From Deltaproteobacteria bacterium (GTDB lineage: Bacteria > Desulfobacterota > Desulfobacteria > Desulfobacterales > C00003060): a DNA stretch of 38,159 nucleotides. Position numbers and translations under genes: made by a program. The notes below the pieces were generated by a model. That model was not told where the DNA came from and did no database searches. It saw only the letters and a list, made by a program, of their open reading frames with translations. Of this stretch, positions 25,017 through 34,370 are shown in pieces (within the stretch, counting starts at the first letter, position 1; each line of letters starts with the position of its first letter). Location: assembly GCA_030665585.1 (NCBI GenBank), contig DAOUZN010000002.1, positions 1 to 38,159 of the forward strand. Reading direction: 5' to 3'.

Positions 25017-26391
25017 ATTGAAGCCACCTGCTTACTTGTTCAATGGCTTCCTTCTTGCTCCGGATCTCTCCATTCAGTCGCCCTTCTTCCACTTTTTCCA
25101 ACAACCTGCCGATCAGCTCAGACGGTTCCAGATTGAAATGCCTGATCAGGTCATGGCCGGTGACAAGCCTAGCTGCAGCCAACTTGGGCTTTAGGTCGAA
25201 AAAATATGTGGAAAAAATCTGTTCCAAAAACGTGATCAATGCGCTGAGGGACTCAGGTCCTACACTGGCCTTGGCACGCTGATCCGCCACGCTGTGGAGT
25301 AAGAGGCCAATGAGGTCGTCTTGGAATTTTCTGACAAAGCGAACGATCCCTCGCGAGCCGAGGTTCGCTCGCTGATGGGCATCAAACAGCAACAGGGGAC
25401 GTCGGTGGTTTTGTACGATGAATGTCACGTATGATCGGTCTTGACCAGACATCCTGAGCCTGGCACAGATACGTCGGGCAAGACGGCCCCCCTCCTCCTC
25501 ATGGCCCAGGAACCGGACCCTCCCCCTTTGGTCAACACTGCGTGTTTGGGGTTTGCCTAGGTCATGAAGCAAGATCGCCCATTTCAAAAGAACCTTTCGG
25601 TCGTGCGCCTGCAGATAGTTTGCGATGGGTTTGACAAACCTGGGCCAGAGGCCGCCAGGGTTGATCAGGATCGTCTCCATTTCTTGGTAGGCCCGCAGGC
25701 TGTGTTCAAACACATCCCATCCATGGATCTCGCCCTGGAGGCAGCCTCGACACGGTTCAAGTTCAGGGATGATCCGAGTCAGCAGGCCGGCTTGGAACAT
25801 TTGCTTGACGTAATGAAACGACCCCTCAACCTTCATCATTTTGAAGAGCTCAGCGGTTATGCGTTCTCCGGCCGATTCGGCCACTAGGAAGCTCTGCTTG
25901 TTGATCACAGCCAGGGTTTCGGGTTCAATACGAAAACCCAGGACAGCCGCCAACCGAAAGGCCCTGAGCATCCTCAAGGGGTCAGCCGAGACCGCCTCTT
26001 GGGAAACAAGTCGGATGGTTTTGGACCTTATGTCATCGAGGGCTCCCACAGCATCGATCAGCCTTTTGGATCGCAAATCATAGGCCAGGGCGTTGATGGT
26101 AAAGTCCCGCTTCTTCAGATCGTCTTCAATGCTTTTTCCAGCCATCGGGGAAAAATCGAGGACCTCATCGCCTGAAATTACCCTGTAGAGGGCCTTGTTG
26201 TCTTTGCCGATTTCGATCATCCGGGCACCCAATTGTGTGGCCACCTTGTTCGCAAAGGCCCTGGCGTCACCGGGCACTGCAAAGTCATGGTCCTTGGAGA
26301 ACCGATGAAGGATATCGTCGCGCACAGAGCCTCCTACCAGATAAACAGGGCCGATCTGGGAAAGACTGTAAAAGTGGGGGCCTAACTTCAT
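24952..26391 (-). CDS. cca: CCA-adding enzyme / poly(A) polymerase-family tRNA nucleotidyltransferase with HD domain
   Basis: VYLVGGSVRDDILHRFSKDHDFAV, RDFTINALAY and HD motif LLHDLGKP. The last ~21 codons are antisense to tRNA-Arg. Confidence 0.8.
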   Translation of the reverse strand: MKLGPHFYSLSQIGPVYLVGGSVRDDILHRFSKDHDFAVPGDARAFANKVATQLGARMIEIGKDNKALYRVISGDEVLDFSPMAGKSIEDDLKKRDFTINALAYDLRSKRLIDAVGALDDIRSKTIRLVSQEAVSADPLRMLRAFRLAAVLGFRIEPETLAVINKQSFLVAESAGERITAELFKMMKVEGSFHYVKQMFQAGLLTRIIPELEPCRGCLQGEIHGWDVFEHSLRAYQEMETILINPGGLWPRFVKPIANYLQAHDRKVLLKWAILLHDLGKPQTRSVDQRGRVRFLGHEEEGGRLARRICARLRMSGQDRSYVTFIVQNHRRPLLLFDAHQRANLGSRGIVRFVRKFQDDLIGLLLHSVADQRAKASVGPESLSALITFLEQIFSTYFFDLKPKLAAARLVTGHDLIRHFNLEPSELIGRLLEKVEEGRLNGEIRSKKEAIEQVSRWLQLEGDAGIEPATPSSGGLCSIR

Positions 26392-27128
26392 CTATGTTTC
26401 CGCCTCAACTTCCGGGCATCTTTCTTCCAGGCGATCTCCTTTCGGACGCGTTTTCTCTTCAACTTTTGTTGCTGCAGGTCGTGAGAGCGCTCCATGTCCA
26501 GGGTGAAGGTCCCCGGCAGGATTTGCGGTGTCAAAACCGTCTCCTTTTTCGGTTTGGTGGTCTCCTTTTTTTCCTTTGGAAGAGGCGGCCCCGAAAAATA
26601 GCCGACCGGCACATCATCGACCACATAAATCAGTTCACCCTGCATGGAGAATGCCACGCCGGTCTCAGAGGCCCTTTGGGCCTGGACGGTGAGCAGCACA
26701 GGACTTGAGTCCCGGCGTCTCCCCATGCGCAGGGCCAGTTCCTTGCTCGTCGCCAGAAAGACATGGTGCTGTCCCATTGGGGTGAGGCCTTTCCGGCAGA
26801 CAACAGGATAGGCCTTGCGCCGCACGCAGTGATAAAGGAGTTTGGGAGGGAGGACGTCTGGAACAGGGCTCACCGACGCGTGAGGGCGAGCAGCTTTAAT
26901 GCGGTCATCTTCAACAACAAAGGCGTCCTCAGGGCAGGTGATAAGGACTTCATGGAGGTGAGACTTGCGGACATACCCCCATCCGGGTTCCTCTGTGATG
27001 GCCTTAAGGAGATCCTTCAGACGCACGAAACCGTCCTCCTTCGGGACTAATCCGAATTCGTCAGGCCGGTGTCCCAGGACATAGACCATGAGCTTGCCGA
27101 GCTGTTTGGGATCTTTTTTCCTTCCCAC
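26388..27128 (-). CDS. Tpt1/KptA-like (RNA 2'-phosphotransferase fold) protein with a Lys/Arg-rich C-terminal tail
   Basis: LGKLMVYVLGHRPDEFGLVPKEDGFVRLKDLL and LYHCV...GLTPMGQHHVFLATSKELALRMGRRR..PVLLTV parallel KptA (FLSFVLRHKPE...; LYHGT...RHYVHLS...VGARHG.PVIL). The stop overlaps the cca start (ATGA). Confidence 0.55.
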   Translation of the reverse strand: MGRKKDPKQLGKLMVYVLGHRPDEFGLVPKEDGFVRLKDLLKAITEEPGWGYVRKSHLHEVLITCPEDAFVVEDDRIKAARPHASVSPVPDVLPPKLLYHCVRRKAYPVVCRKGLTPMGQHHVFLATSKELALRMGRRRDSSPVLLTVQAQRASETGVAFSMQGELIYVVDDVPVGYFSGPPLPKEKKETTKPKKETVLTPQILPGTFTLDMERSHDLQQQKLKRKRVRKEIAWKKDARKLRRKHR

Positions 27129-27211
27129 TATCTCACAGTTTCTCCGTGTTGCCGAAAAGGATCATGAAAAAGAAGAGAAAGGAGGAGGGTTCTGGGTGAT
27201 CCTGCACTTTT

Positions 27212-28261
27212 TCATCCCAAGGTCCTTTGCCTCAACAAGTGATCCAAGATAACCAGCCTCACCATGGCCTCGCACACCGGCACAATCCTCGGAATGGCAG
27301 AAACGTCGTGCCGTCCCTTGACGGAAATCGTTGTGGGACGCCTGTGGACATCGATGGTTTGTTGTTCGATCTCAATAGAGGGGATGGGTTTCACCGCTGC
27401 TCGGACCACAATATCGTCACCATTGGAAATACCTGCCAGAATCCCCCCGGCCCTGTTAGTGACAAAGCCTTCAGGCGTGATCTCGTCATTGCATTGAGAA
27501 CCCATTAGCCGGGCTGCCTCAAGACCCACCCCGATTTCAACGGCCTTGACAGCCCCTATGCTCATGAGAGCCTTTGCAAGGTCTGCGTCCAGCTTGTCAA
27601 AGACAGGCTCTCCAAGCCCCGGGGGGCACCCTTGCGCCACGACCTCGACGATGCCCCCTGCGGAATTGCCAGACGCCTTGATTTCCTTTATCTTTTCTGT
27701 CATCCCGTTCGCTGCGTCCGGATCCGGCGCAAAAAAGGCATTCTCGTCAACAGCCTCCAGGTCCACCCGCTGTGCCCTGATCCCTGCAAGCTCCAGGGTG
27801 TAGGCCTTGACCTTGATACCTTCCTGGTCCAGGGCCCTTTTGGCCACAGCCCCTGCTGCAACCCGGGCTACGGTTTCTCTGCCCGAAGCCCTGCCGCCGC
27901 CCCTGTGGTCTCTTATACCGTATTTTTCCAGGTAGGTGATATCCCCGTGGCCGGGCCTGAAGGTATCCTTAATGGTCCTATACGCCTTACTGTCTACGTC
28001 CTTGTTGTAAATGAGAAGAGCGATAGGCGTTCCCGTGGTCCTTTCCTCAAAGATGCCGGAAAGGATTTCTACCTTATCCGGTTCCCGTCGAGGCGTACTT
28101 GAAGCCGCCCGGGGCCTTCTCCGGTCCAGCTCCTCCTGAATGTCCGATTCGGTCAGGGGAAGCCGAGGAGGACAGCCGTCAATGACGACCCCAAGCCCTC
28201 TTCCATGGGATTCGCCCCAGGTGGTGACCACAAAGGCTTTGCCAAAGCTATTTCCCGACAT
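27212..28261 (-). CDS. aroC: Chorismate synthase
   Basis: The N-terminus [27 protein letters not shown]...RRRPG-type pattern and the length (349 aa) fit. Confidence 0.9.
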   Translation of the reverse strand: MSGNSFGKAFVVTTWGESHGRGLGVVIDGCPPRLPLTESDIQEELDRRRPRAASSTPRREPDKVEILSGIFEERTTGTPIALLIYNKDVDSKAYRTIKDTFRPGHGDITYLEKYGIRDHRGGGRASGRETVARVAAGAVAKRALDQEGIKVKAYTLELAGIRAQRVDLEAVDENAFFAPDPDAANGMTEKIKEIKASGNSAGGIVEVVAQGCPPGLGEPVFDKLDADLAKALMSIGAVKAVEIGVGLEAARLMGSQCNDEITPEGFVTNRAGGILAGISNGDDIVVRAAVKPIPSIEIEQQTIDVHRRPTTISVKGRHDVSAIPRIVPVCEAMVRLVILDHLLRQRTLG

Positions 28262-28290
28262 AAGATCTCCCTCGTACGGCGATTGTGTAA

Positions 28291-28809
28291 CTACTCAGCC
28301 TGCAAATACCGAACTATCTGATCAACGAGTCCATCAATGGTCAGATTTGAGGTGTCCACAGAGAAATCCGCAACCCCTTCATAAATGGGCATCCTCTGCT
28401 TCAGGAGGCTCTCGGTCTCCTCATAGATATCGCCCTCCGACAACTTGGGCCGCTGCTTCGGGCTTGACTCATCGCCCTGGATTCTTCGAATCATAGTATC
28501 CATATCTGCCTTCAGCAGGACGAAGGTACCCTTGTCGCGGAGCCACGCCACGTTGTCTCTGTCCATGACCGCGCCACCGCCCGTGGCAATGACGCAATCA
28601 TCCTTGGCAGCAATTTCTCGGATGACTTCTTTTTCCCTTGCCCGAAAAAAGGGCCAGCCTTGCCCGGCCACCATATCACTGATGGTCCTACCAAGTTTTT
28701 CTTCAAGATAGGCATCCGCATCGTAAAAAGGTCTTCCGAGCCTTTTGGACAGGGCTATCCCCACCGCGGTCTTTCCCGTGCCCCTATACCCGATCAAGAC
28801 GATGTTCAT
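28291..28809 (-). CDS. aroK: Shikimate kinase
   Basis: P-loop [15 protein letters not shown], ...DADAYLE..., GGGAV. 172 aa. Confidence 0.85.
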   Translation of the reverse strand: MNIVLIGYRGTGKTAVGIALSKRLGRPFYDADAYLEEKLGRTISDMVAGQGWPFFRAREKEVIREIAAKDDCVIATGGGAVMDRDNVAWLRDKGTFVLLKADMDTMIRRIQGDESSPKQRPKLSEGDIYEETESLLKQRMPIYEGVADFSVDTSNLTIDGLVDQIVRYLQAE

Positions 28810-28879
28810 AAGATCATATACGGGCTGTATTCTTGAACCCAGGCCAGGTGTATAAGGGATATGGGCTGTGGCATATTCC

Positions 28880-29365
28880 TTAATCCCGAAATTCTCTTCT
28901 CACCATATCCGCTGCTGCTCGCACCGCCATCAGGTAACCGTTTTTTCCAAAACCAGCGATTCGGGCCTTCACGACATCGGCCATCAAGGACTTGTGCCTG
29001 AAGGGCTCTCGCCGGTAAATGTTGGAAAGATGGACCTCAATAATCGGTACGTCCAGCATCAAGAGGGCGTCTCTGATGGCCACACTGGTGTGGGTATAGG
29101 CAGCCGGGTTGATGATGAGAGCGTCATAAGCCTTCATGGCCTCATGGATCTTTTCCACCAAGGCCCCTTCATAGTTCGACTGGAAGGTCTCTGCTACCAT
29201 CCCGCAATCTTGTGCGGTTTGTTTGATCTCTGTGTCGATCTCTTCCAGCGTCGCGGTGCCGTACCAAGTCGCCTCGCGCTGGCCCAGCATGTTCAGGTTT
29301 GGGCCGTGGATGATGAGAATCCTGGGTTTTTTCTCATTGCCTGACATTTTTCTGTGTCCGTTCAT
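28880..29365 (-). CDS. aroQ: Type II 3-dehydroquinate dehydratase
   Basis: ILIIHGPNLNMLGQRE...QSNYEGALVEKIHEA...IINPAAYTHTSVAIRDA...EVHLSNI. Start is set at ATG 29365 (GGAGGAG upstream), and ATG 29347 is also possible. The track's longer start at 29449 is unlikely. Confidence 0.85.
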   Translation of the reverse strand: MNGHRKMSGNEKKPRILIIHGPNLNMLGQREATWYGTATLEEIDTEIKQTAQDCGMVAETFQSNYEGALVEKIHEAMKAYDALIINPAAYTHTSVAIRDALLMLDVPIIEVHLSNIYRREPFRHKSLMADVVKARIAGFGKNGYLMAVRAAADMVRREFRD

Positions 29366-29414
29366 CGCCCCCTGACGACTCCTCCGAGCCGCGCGTTGAC
29401 ACCCCGGGGAGTTT

Positions 29415-29595
29415 AGGGCTCGCGCAAAAATAACTTCACATTTTGTCATCTCAGCTTCAGCCCATCTTTGACCGATGCCTCATTCGCAAACACCTCGAAA
29501 TAGCGCGCTATTCCTCGGGTTTTGCTCAATCGGATCGGCCAAACCTGAACCAAATCTGAGCGCCAACTCTGCGAACTTGTTCTTGCGCGAGCCCT
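29415..29595. repeat. 13-bp perfect inverted repeat (AGGGCTCGCGCAA / TTGCGCGAGCCCT) bracketing a 155-bp spacer inside the aro operon
   Basis: The arms at 29415-29427 and 29583-29595 are exact reverse complements. The second arm abuts or overlaps the aroA stop codon. Confidence 0.7.
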
Positions 29596-30857
29596 TAGCC
29601 CAGAGATTCCAGCTTCTCCCAAAAATCCGGGAAAGACTTTCTCACACAATCAGGGTCCTTAATAGCCACCCCCGCTATGGCCAAGCCCGCGATAGCAAAA
29701 CTCATGGCAATCCGGTGATCGCTATAACACTCTATCTCCGCTGCCCGTGTGGCTATACCCTGAACGATCATTTCATCGGCCTTTTCTTCTGCTTTGGCAC
29801 CAATCTTTCGAAGCTCGCGGGTCAGCGCTGCTATCCTGTCCGACTCTTTAATGCGCAAATGTCCTATGTTTTTCAGGATCGTCTTACCCCTTCTGAAGGC
29901 CGAGACCACAGCCAGGGCGGGGACCATGTCGGGCATATCCTGAAGGTCCAGGCAAAGATCTCCATGATTGGATAACGGCCCTGTGATTGCCACGCCGTTG
30001 CCAGAGGTGGTGACTCCGCATCCTAAGCTCTCAAGGACATCTGCAAAGCGTATATCTCCCTGGACGGAGTCTGGATGGATATTTGATATCCTGACTGTGC
30101 CTCCGCAGATGGCGGCCGCGGCCATGAAATAAGTAGCACTCGAGGCATCACCCTCTACACCATATTCTCTTGCCCTGTACGCTTGAGGGGCCTTCACGAA
30201 GAACGTATTGTCATGAGGCGCCAAAACTTCCACGCCAAAGCGCGCCATCACATCCAGAGTCATCTGCACGTAAGGCCGCGACGGGAGCATACCCTGCACC
30301 TCGATCTCCGTATCCCTTCTGGCGTAAGGGGCCGCCAGCAGGAGGGCCGAGAGATATTGGCTGCTAAGTCCGCCAGACAAGACAGCCTTTCCGCCGGCAA
30401 GTCCCGTTGCTCGAACTTGAACAGGAGGGCAGCCGTTTCCTTCCATACATACGGCCTCGCCCCCGATGTTTTTCAAGGCATCGACAAGGGCTTGGATGGG
30501 CCTCTGACGCATGCGGCTGTTACCATCGAGTAAAAAGGTCCCGTGTCCCAGACAGACAGTGCCCGTCAGGAGCCGAAGTCCGGTTCCGTTGTTGCCCAAA
30601 TAGATAGGTCCTGAAGGGGTCGTCAGTTCACCGCCGGTCCCTTGAATACTAAGTTCACCGCCCTGCCGCCGGATCGTTGACCCCAGCAGGCTGAGGGCAT
30701 TCATCAAATGCTCGGTATCTTCGGAAACCAAGGCCCCCCTGATAAAGGACTGACCCTTGGCAAGGGCTGCAGCGACCAGGGCCCTTTGGGTGTAGCTCTT
30801 CGAGCCCGGCACCCGAACCGCGGCATGGATCTTTTTAATCGGTTTGATGAGCCTCAT
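29595..30857 (-). CDS. aroA: 3-phosphoshikimate 1-carboxyvinyltransferase (EPSP synthase)
   Basis: VRVPGSKSYTQRALVAAALA...SEDTEHLMNALSLLG and ...LRIKESDRIAA. Start is set at ATG 30857, overlapping the upstream stop (ATGA). Confidence 0.9.
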   Translation of the reverse strand: MRLIKPIKKIHAAVRVPGSKSYTQRALVAAALAKGQSFIRGALVSEDTEHLMNALSLLGSTIRRQGGELSIQGTGGELTTPSGPIYLGNNGTGLRLLTGTVCLGHGTFLLDGNSRMRQRPIQALVDALKNIGGEAVCMEGNGCPPVQVRATGLAGGKAVLSGGLSSQYLSALLLAAPYARRDTEIEVQGMLPSRPYVQMTLDVMARFGVEVLAPHDNTFFVKAPQAYRAREYGVEGDASSATYFMAAAAICGGTVRISNIHPDSVQGDIRFADVLESLGCGVTTSGNGVAITGPLSNHGDLCLDLQDMPDMVPALAVVSAFRRGKTILKNIGHLRIKESDRIAALTRELRKIGAKAEEKADEMIVQGIATRAAEIECYSDHRIAMSFAIAGLAIAGVAIKDPDCVRKSFPDFWEKLESLG

Positions 30858-31990
30858 GTCCTTAAGAGCCTTTCGTAAACCACTGCTTCCATCTCTCTCA
30901 CCGGGGCCTTTCTTCCCGTCCACGTGCTAAACTGCTCAACACCCTGGTGCACGAACATATGAAAGCCGCTTGCCACCTTGCATCCTGCCGCCTTGGCCTC
31001 CTTCAACAGCATAGTCTCAACTGGATTGTATATCACATCCGCCACAGCCTTGTAGCTGCTCAGCACCCCCTTTGGCACAGGCATGGCATCTGTCTTTGGA
31101 TACATCCCCACAGGTGTGGTATTGACCAAACAGTCTCCCCCAACCGCTCCGATCTCAGGAAGAAGCGCAAAGGCACAATCAAATTCGTCGGCCAGTGAAC
31201 GCCCTTTTTCCTCAGACCGGTTGACGACCATGACGTTTCCCCCCTTGCTGGTTATGCCGAAAACCACTGCCCTTGCCGCCCCGCCTGCGCCAACCACCAC
31301 GAATGTGTGACCTTCTACGGGAAGCAAGACTTCAAGGCACCTGACCGCACCGACCCAGTCCGTGTTGGTCCCTCGTATGCCGTCTTTTCCAAAGACCAAG
31401 GTATTGACCGCGCCAATCTTTTCGGCTGTATCATCGATTTCGTCTATGAGCCCGAGGATCTGTGTCTTAAAGGGATGGGTCACACTGGCCCCCTTGACGT
31501 TCAGGGCCTTCATTCCGGTCAAGGCGCCGGGTAGATCCTCCACCTCAAAGGGCAGATAAATGGCGTCTAGGCCGAGGAGCCCAAAAGCGGTATTGTGCAT
31601 CAGTGGGCTCATGCTGTGTGCCACAGGGTTTCCGATGATCCCGTAGAGGGCCGTTTCCCCGGTAAGGGTGCAACATGGGTCGGCATCAGCCGATTCCACC
31701 GGGCGTGCAGGTCCGCCAAATGAGGCTGCGGATTGAATCCTTCTTGATATGGCCACGATCTTTCCGAATATTTCCTCGATCTCGCGAGCCTTGAGTGGCC
31801 CCTTGTTGTGCTGGGCCAGATACTTGAACACAGCTTGTTCTCGCCAGGGGTCACGGATATCAAGACCCTCTTGAACCTTGAGTCTTCCGATCTGAAGAGA
31901 AACCGAGGCGCGTTCGTTCAACAGCCTTAAGAGCTCATGGTCTAGCGCCTCAATATCCTGCCTGAGTCGGTTTAGGGAACCCTTGCTCAT
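30854..31990 (-). CDS. aroE: Fusion protein: AroQ-class chorismate mutase (N-terminal ~90 aa) plus shikimate 5-dehydrogenase
   Basis: N-terminal LRQDIEALDHELLRLLNERASVSLQIGRLK...RDPWREQAV is a chorismate mutase type II pattern. From about residue 115, YGIIGNPVAHSMSPLMHNTAF...NVTHPFK...GTNTDWVG...VVGAGGAARA is AroE. Confidence 0.8.
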   Translation of the reverse strand: MSKGSLNRLRQDIEALDHELLRLLNERASVSLQIGRLKVQEGLDIRDPWREQAVFKYLAQHNKGPLKAREIEEIFGKIVAISRRIQSAASFGGPARPVESADADPCCTLTGETALYGIIGNPVAHSMSPLMHNTAFGLLGLDAIYLPFEVEDLPGALTGMKALNVKGASVTHPFKTQILGLIDEIDDTAEKIGAVNTLVFGKDGIRGTNTDWVGAVRCLEVLLPVEGHTFVVVGAGGAARAVVFGITSKGGNVMVVNRSEEKGRSLADEFDCAFALLPEIGAVGGDCLVNTTPVGMYPKTDAMPVPKGVLSSYKAVADVIYNPVETMLLKEAKAAGCKVASGFHMFVHQGVEQFSTWTGRKAPVREMEAVVYERLLRT

Positions 31991-33093
31991 CTCCTGAGTC
32001 CTTCAATGACATCTATGATCACGCTTTGGGGGACTTCTGATGTGACGAAAGGAACCCCTATTTTTCTGATCAGTACAAAGTAGAGCCGCGCCCCAACAGC
32101 CTTCTTGTCGCTGGCCATAAAGCCGAGGATTGCTTTTGTATTGAAGTCCCCCGGGATCTCGGTGGGCAGCCCGTACTGTTTAATCACACCAACAATTCTC
32201 TTACAGGACCTTTCATCCAAGTAGTCAAGTCTGTATGACATCTTGGCGGCTGCCGCCATCCCTATGGCCACGGCTTCACCGTGAGTAAGCCGGTAGTCTG
32301 ATGCAGCCTCTATGGCGTGTCCGATGGTGTGGCCAAAATTTAGGATGCGCCTCAGCCCCCCTTCCTGTTCGTCCATCTCCACGATGCGGGCCTTTATCCT
32401 ACAGGACCGCTCCACCAGGATCCTCATGACAGGAAGTTGCCGTTCAACAACGGCGGCCCTCTCCTGCTCCAACAGTTCGAACATCTCTTCATCGCTGATG
32501 ATGCCATACTTGATGATCTCGGCCAATCCGTTCTTGAAGTCTTTGTCAGACAGCGTCCTCAACAATGATAGGTCGATAAAAACGGCTCTTGGCTGGTAGA
32601 ACGTCCCGAGCAGGTTTTTCCCTTCCGGAAGATCAATGCCGGTCTTGCCACCCACGCTACTGTCCACTTGGGCCACAAGGGTGGTGGCAATTTGAACATA
32701 GGGCACGGAGCGTTTGTAGATGGAGGCAATAAATCCGGCCAGATCACCCACCACGCCGCCACCCAGGGCAATGAGTAGGGACTTGCGGCTGACGTTGAGC
32801 TCAATGAGTTGTCTCGCGACATCAAGGACCGTGCCCATCGATTTTGAGGCTTCGCCTGCCGGTATTTCAATCAAATCAACGGGCACCCCAGCCGGCTGGA
32901 GTTTTTCTCGGACCATTTCGCCATAAAGGGAATTGACCCCCGAGTCTGTAATGACGACGCACCGATCCACCCCATCTTGGGCCTTGATCATGACGCTCAG
33001 ACGATCCAGCACACCCTCGCCAATGTCAATCTCATAGGAATCGGACCCAGATCTTTCCAGGTTGACTCTAATGGGCTCCATCTTTTTCTGCAT
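31987..33093 (-). CDS. aroB: 3-dehydroquinate synthase
   Basis: [62 protein letters not shown] and HTIGHAIE. Start is ATG 33093 or 33081, overlapping the aroF end. The stop overlaps the next start (ATGA). Confidence 0.9.
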   Translation of the reverse strand: MQKKMEPIRVNLERSGSDSYEIDIGEGVLDRLSVMIKAQDGVDRCVVITDSGVNSLYGEMVREKLQPAGVPVDLIEIPAGEASKSMGTVLDVARQLIELNVSRKSLLIALGGGVVGDLAGFIASIYKRSVPYVQIATTLVAQVDSSVGGKTGIDLPEGKNLLGTFYQPRAVFIDLSLLRTLSDKDFKNGLAEIIKYGIISDEEMFELLEQERAAVVERQLPVMRILVERSCRIKARIVEMDEQEGGLRRILNFGHTIGHAIEAASDYRLTHGEAVAIGMAAAAKMSYRLDYLDERSCKRIVGVIKQYGLPTEIPGDFNTKAILGFMASDKKAVGARLYFVLIRKIGVPFVTSEVPQSVIIDVIEGLRR

Positions 33094-34105
33094 ATCCTTT
33101 TCTGACAATCTTGGCAATCGATTCGATCTCATCCATGAGCTTATAGAATTTTTCAGGCTTAAGCGACTGGGGCCCATCTGACAGGGCATGGGCCGGGTCT
33201 GGATGGACCTCTATGAGCAAACCGTCTGCCCCCACTGCTACAGCCGCCTTGGCCAAGGGCAGGACAAACCGCCACTGGCCTATGGCATGACTTGGGTCAA
33301 CAATGACCGGCAGGTGGCTTTTGTCCTTCAAGACCGGCACGGCACTAATATCCAGGGTGTTGCGCATAGCCGTCTCAAAGGTACGAATCCCACGCTCGCA
33401 GAGTATGACCTGGTCGTTGCCCGAGGCCATGATGTATTCGGCAGACATGAGCAGCTCGTCCAGGCGGGTCATCATCCCCCTTTTTAAGAGCACCGGCTTT
33501 TTGGCATGGCCTATGGCCTTTAGAAGCGCAAAATTCTGCACATTCCTCGTGCCCACTTGAAGGACGTCCGCGTATCTTTCAACCAGTTCAACATCCGAGG
33601 AACTCATGACCTCGGTAACCACCGGCAACCCCGTTTTTTCCCGTGCTCGCGCCAGGATTTTTAAGCCCTCTTCACCCATCCCCTGGAAACTGTATGGCGA
33701 TGTCCTCGGCTTAAAGGCCCCCCCTCTCAGCATGGAGGCCCCGCCTTTCTTAACCACATCAGCGCATTCCATGAGCTGCTCTTCACTTTCTACCGCACAG
33801 GGCCCTGCCATAACGACAAACTCCGGCCCGCCAATCTCCACATCGCCCACCCGAATGACGGTATTGCCGTCCTTGGTTTCTCGGCTTGCAAGCTTGTAAG
33901 GCTGCAAGATGGGCATGACTTTCTCAACACCCGGCATGTCTTCGGCGGCCTTCAAACGCACCTTCTCTCGCTCGTCCCCAACCGCGCCAATAATGGTCCG
34001 CTCCACTCCTCTCGAGACATGAGCCTTGTATCCCACTGACTCGATCCACCTAATCACCTCGTCGAGCTGCTTCTCGTCCGCTTTCTTCTTCATAACGATG
34101 ATCAT
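33068..34105 (-). CDS. aroF: 3-deoxy-7-phosphoheptulonate (DAHP) synthase, type I-beta, with an N-terminal ferredoxin-like regulatory domain
   Basis: Catalytic core [13 protein letters not shown]...[18 protein letters not shown]...[11 protein letters not shown]...KRG. A ~70-aa N-terminal domain ([22 protein letters not shown]...) resembles Thermotoga-type DAHPS. Confidence 0.85.
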   Translation of the reverse strand: MIIVMKKKADEKQLDEVIRWIESVGYKAHVSRGVERTIIGAVGDEREKVRLKAAEDMPGVEKVMPILQPYKLASRETKDGNTVIRVGDVEIGGPEFVVMAGPCAVESEEQLMECADVVKKGGASMLRGGAFKPRTSPYSFQGMGEEGLKILARAREKTGLPVVTEVMSSSDVELVERYADVLQVGTRNVQNFALLKAIGHAKKPVLLKRGMMTRLDELLMSAEYIMASGNDQVILCERGIRTFETAMRNTLDISAVPVLKDKSHLPVIVDPSHAIGQWRFVLPLAKAAVAVGADGLLIEVHPDPAHALSDGPQSLKPEKFYKLMDEIESIAKIVRKGYAEKDGAH

Positions 34106-34132
34106 CTTTAAGCCCTCCTTCTTCGCATAAAT

Positions 34133-34167
34133 AAAAAGGGCCGCGGTGATCTTTGCCTCCGCGACCC
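34133..34167 (-). terminator. Hairpin 2: intrinsic-terminator-like structure immediately upstream of the aroF RBS (candidate attenuator terminator)
   Basis: Minus-strand RNA is GGGUCGCGG-AGGCAAAGAUCA-CCGCGGCCC-UUUUUAUUUAU, a 9-bp stem with one G-U pair. It ends about 27 nt before the aroF ATG. Confidence 0.6.
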
Positions 34168-34180
34168 TTTGCCCCTAAAC

Positions 34181-34218
34181 AAAAAAGCCGCGGGCAGGCG
34201 GTCCGGCCTGCTCGCGGC
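34181..34218 (-). terminator. Hairpin 1: strong GC hairpin followed by U6
   Basis: Minus-strand RNA is GCCGCGAGCAGGC-CGGACC-GCCUGCCCGCGGC-UUUUUU, a 13-bp stem with one mismatch. It lies 18 nt after the leader ORF stop. Confidence 0.6.
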
Positions 34219-34236
34219 TTAAGGATTTCATATGGA

Positions 34237-34347
34237 TTAGCTACTGCTTACCCGTCCTCCTTCCAGCCTTGAACCGACCGGTCCAAAGAACCAATAATAG
34301 TAGCCAAAATAAAACATGTTCATTGCCATGTCGTTTCGGAATTTCAT
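34237..34347 (-). CDS. Candidate aromatic-rich leader peptide (36 aa): MKFRNDMAMNMFYFGYYYWFFGPVGSRLEGGRVSSS
   Basis: Hand translation of the minus strand. AGGAG lies 10 nt upstream of the ATG. Codons 12-21 are F Y F G Y Y Y W F F. The ORF is below the 60-aa cutoff of the ORF track. Confidence 0.55.
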   Translation of the reverse strand: MKFRNDMAMNMFYFGYYYWFFGPVGSRLEGGRVSSS

Positions 34348-34370
34348 ACTTCTTTTTCTCCTGAACTAAA

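Noticed and set aside
29446-29649. 67-aa ORF and the long N-terminal extension of aroQ (to 29449) in the aroA-aroQ spacer
   Set aside because: There is no homology-like pattern. The aroQ conserved core begins at PRILIIHGPN, and a good RBS precedes ATG 29365.
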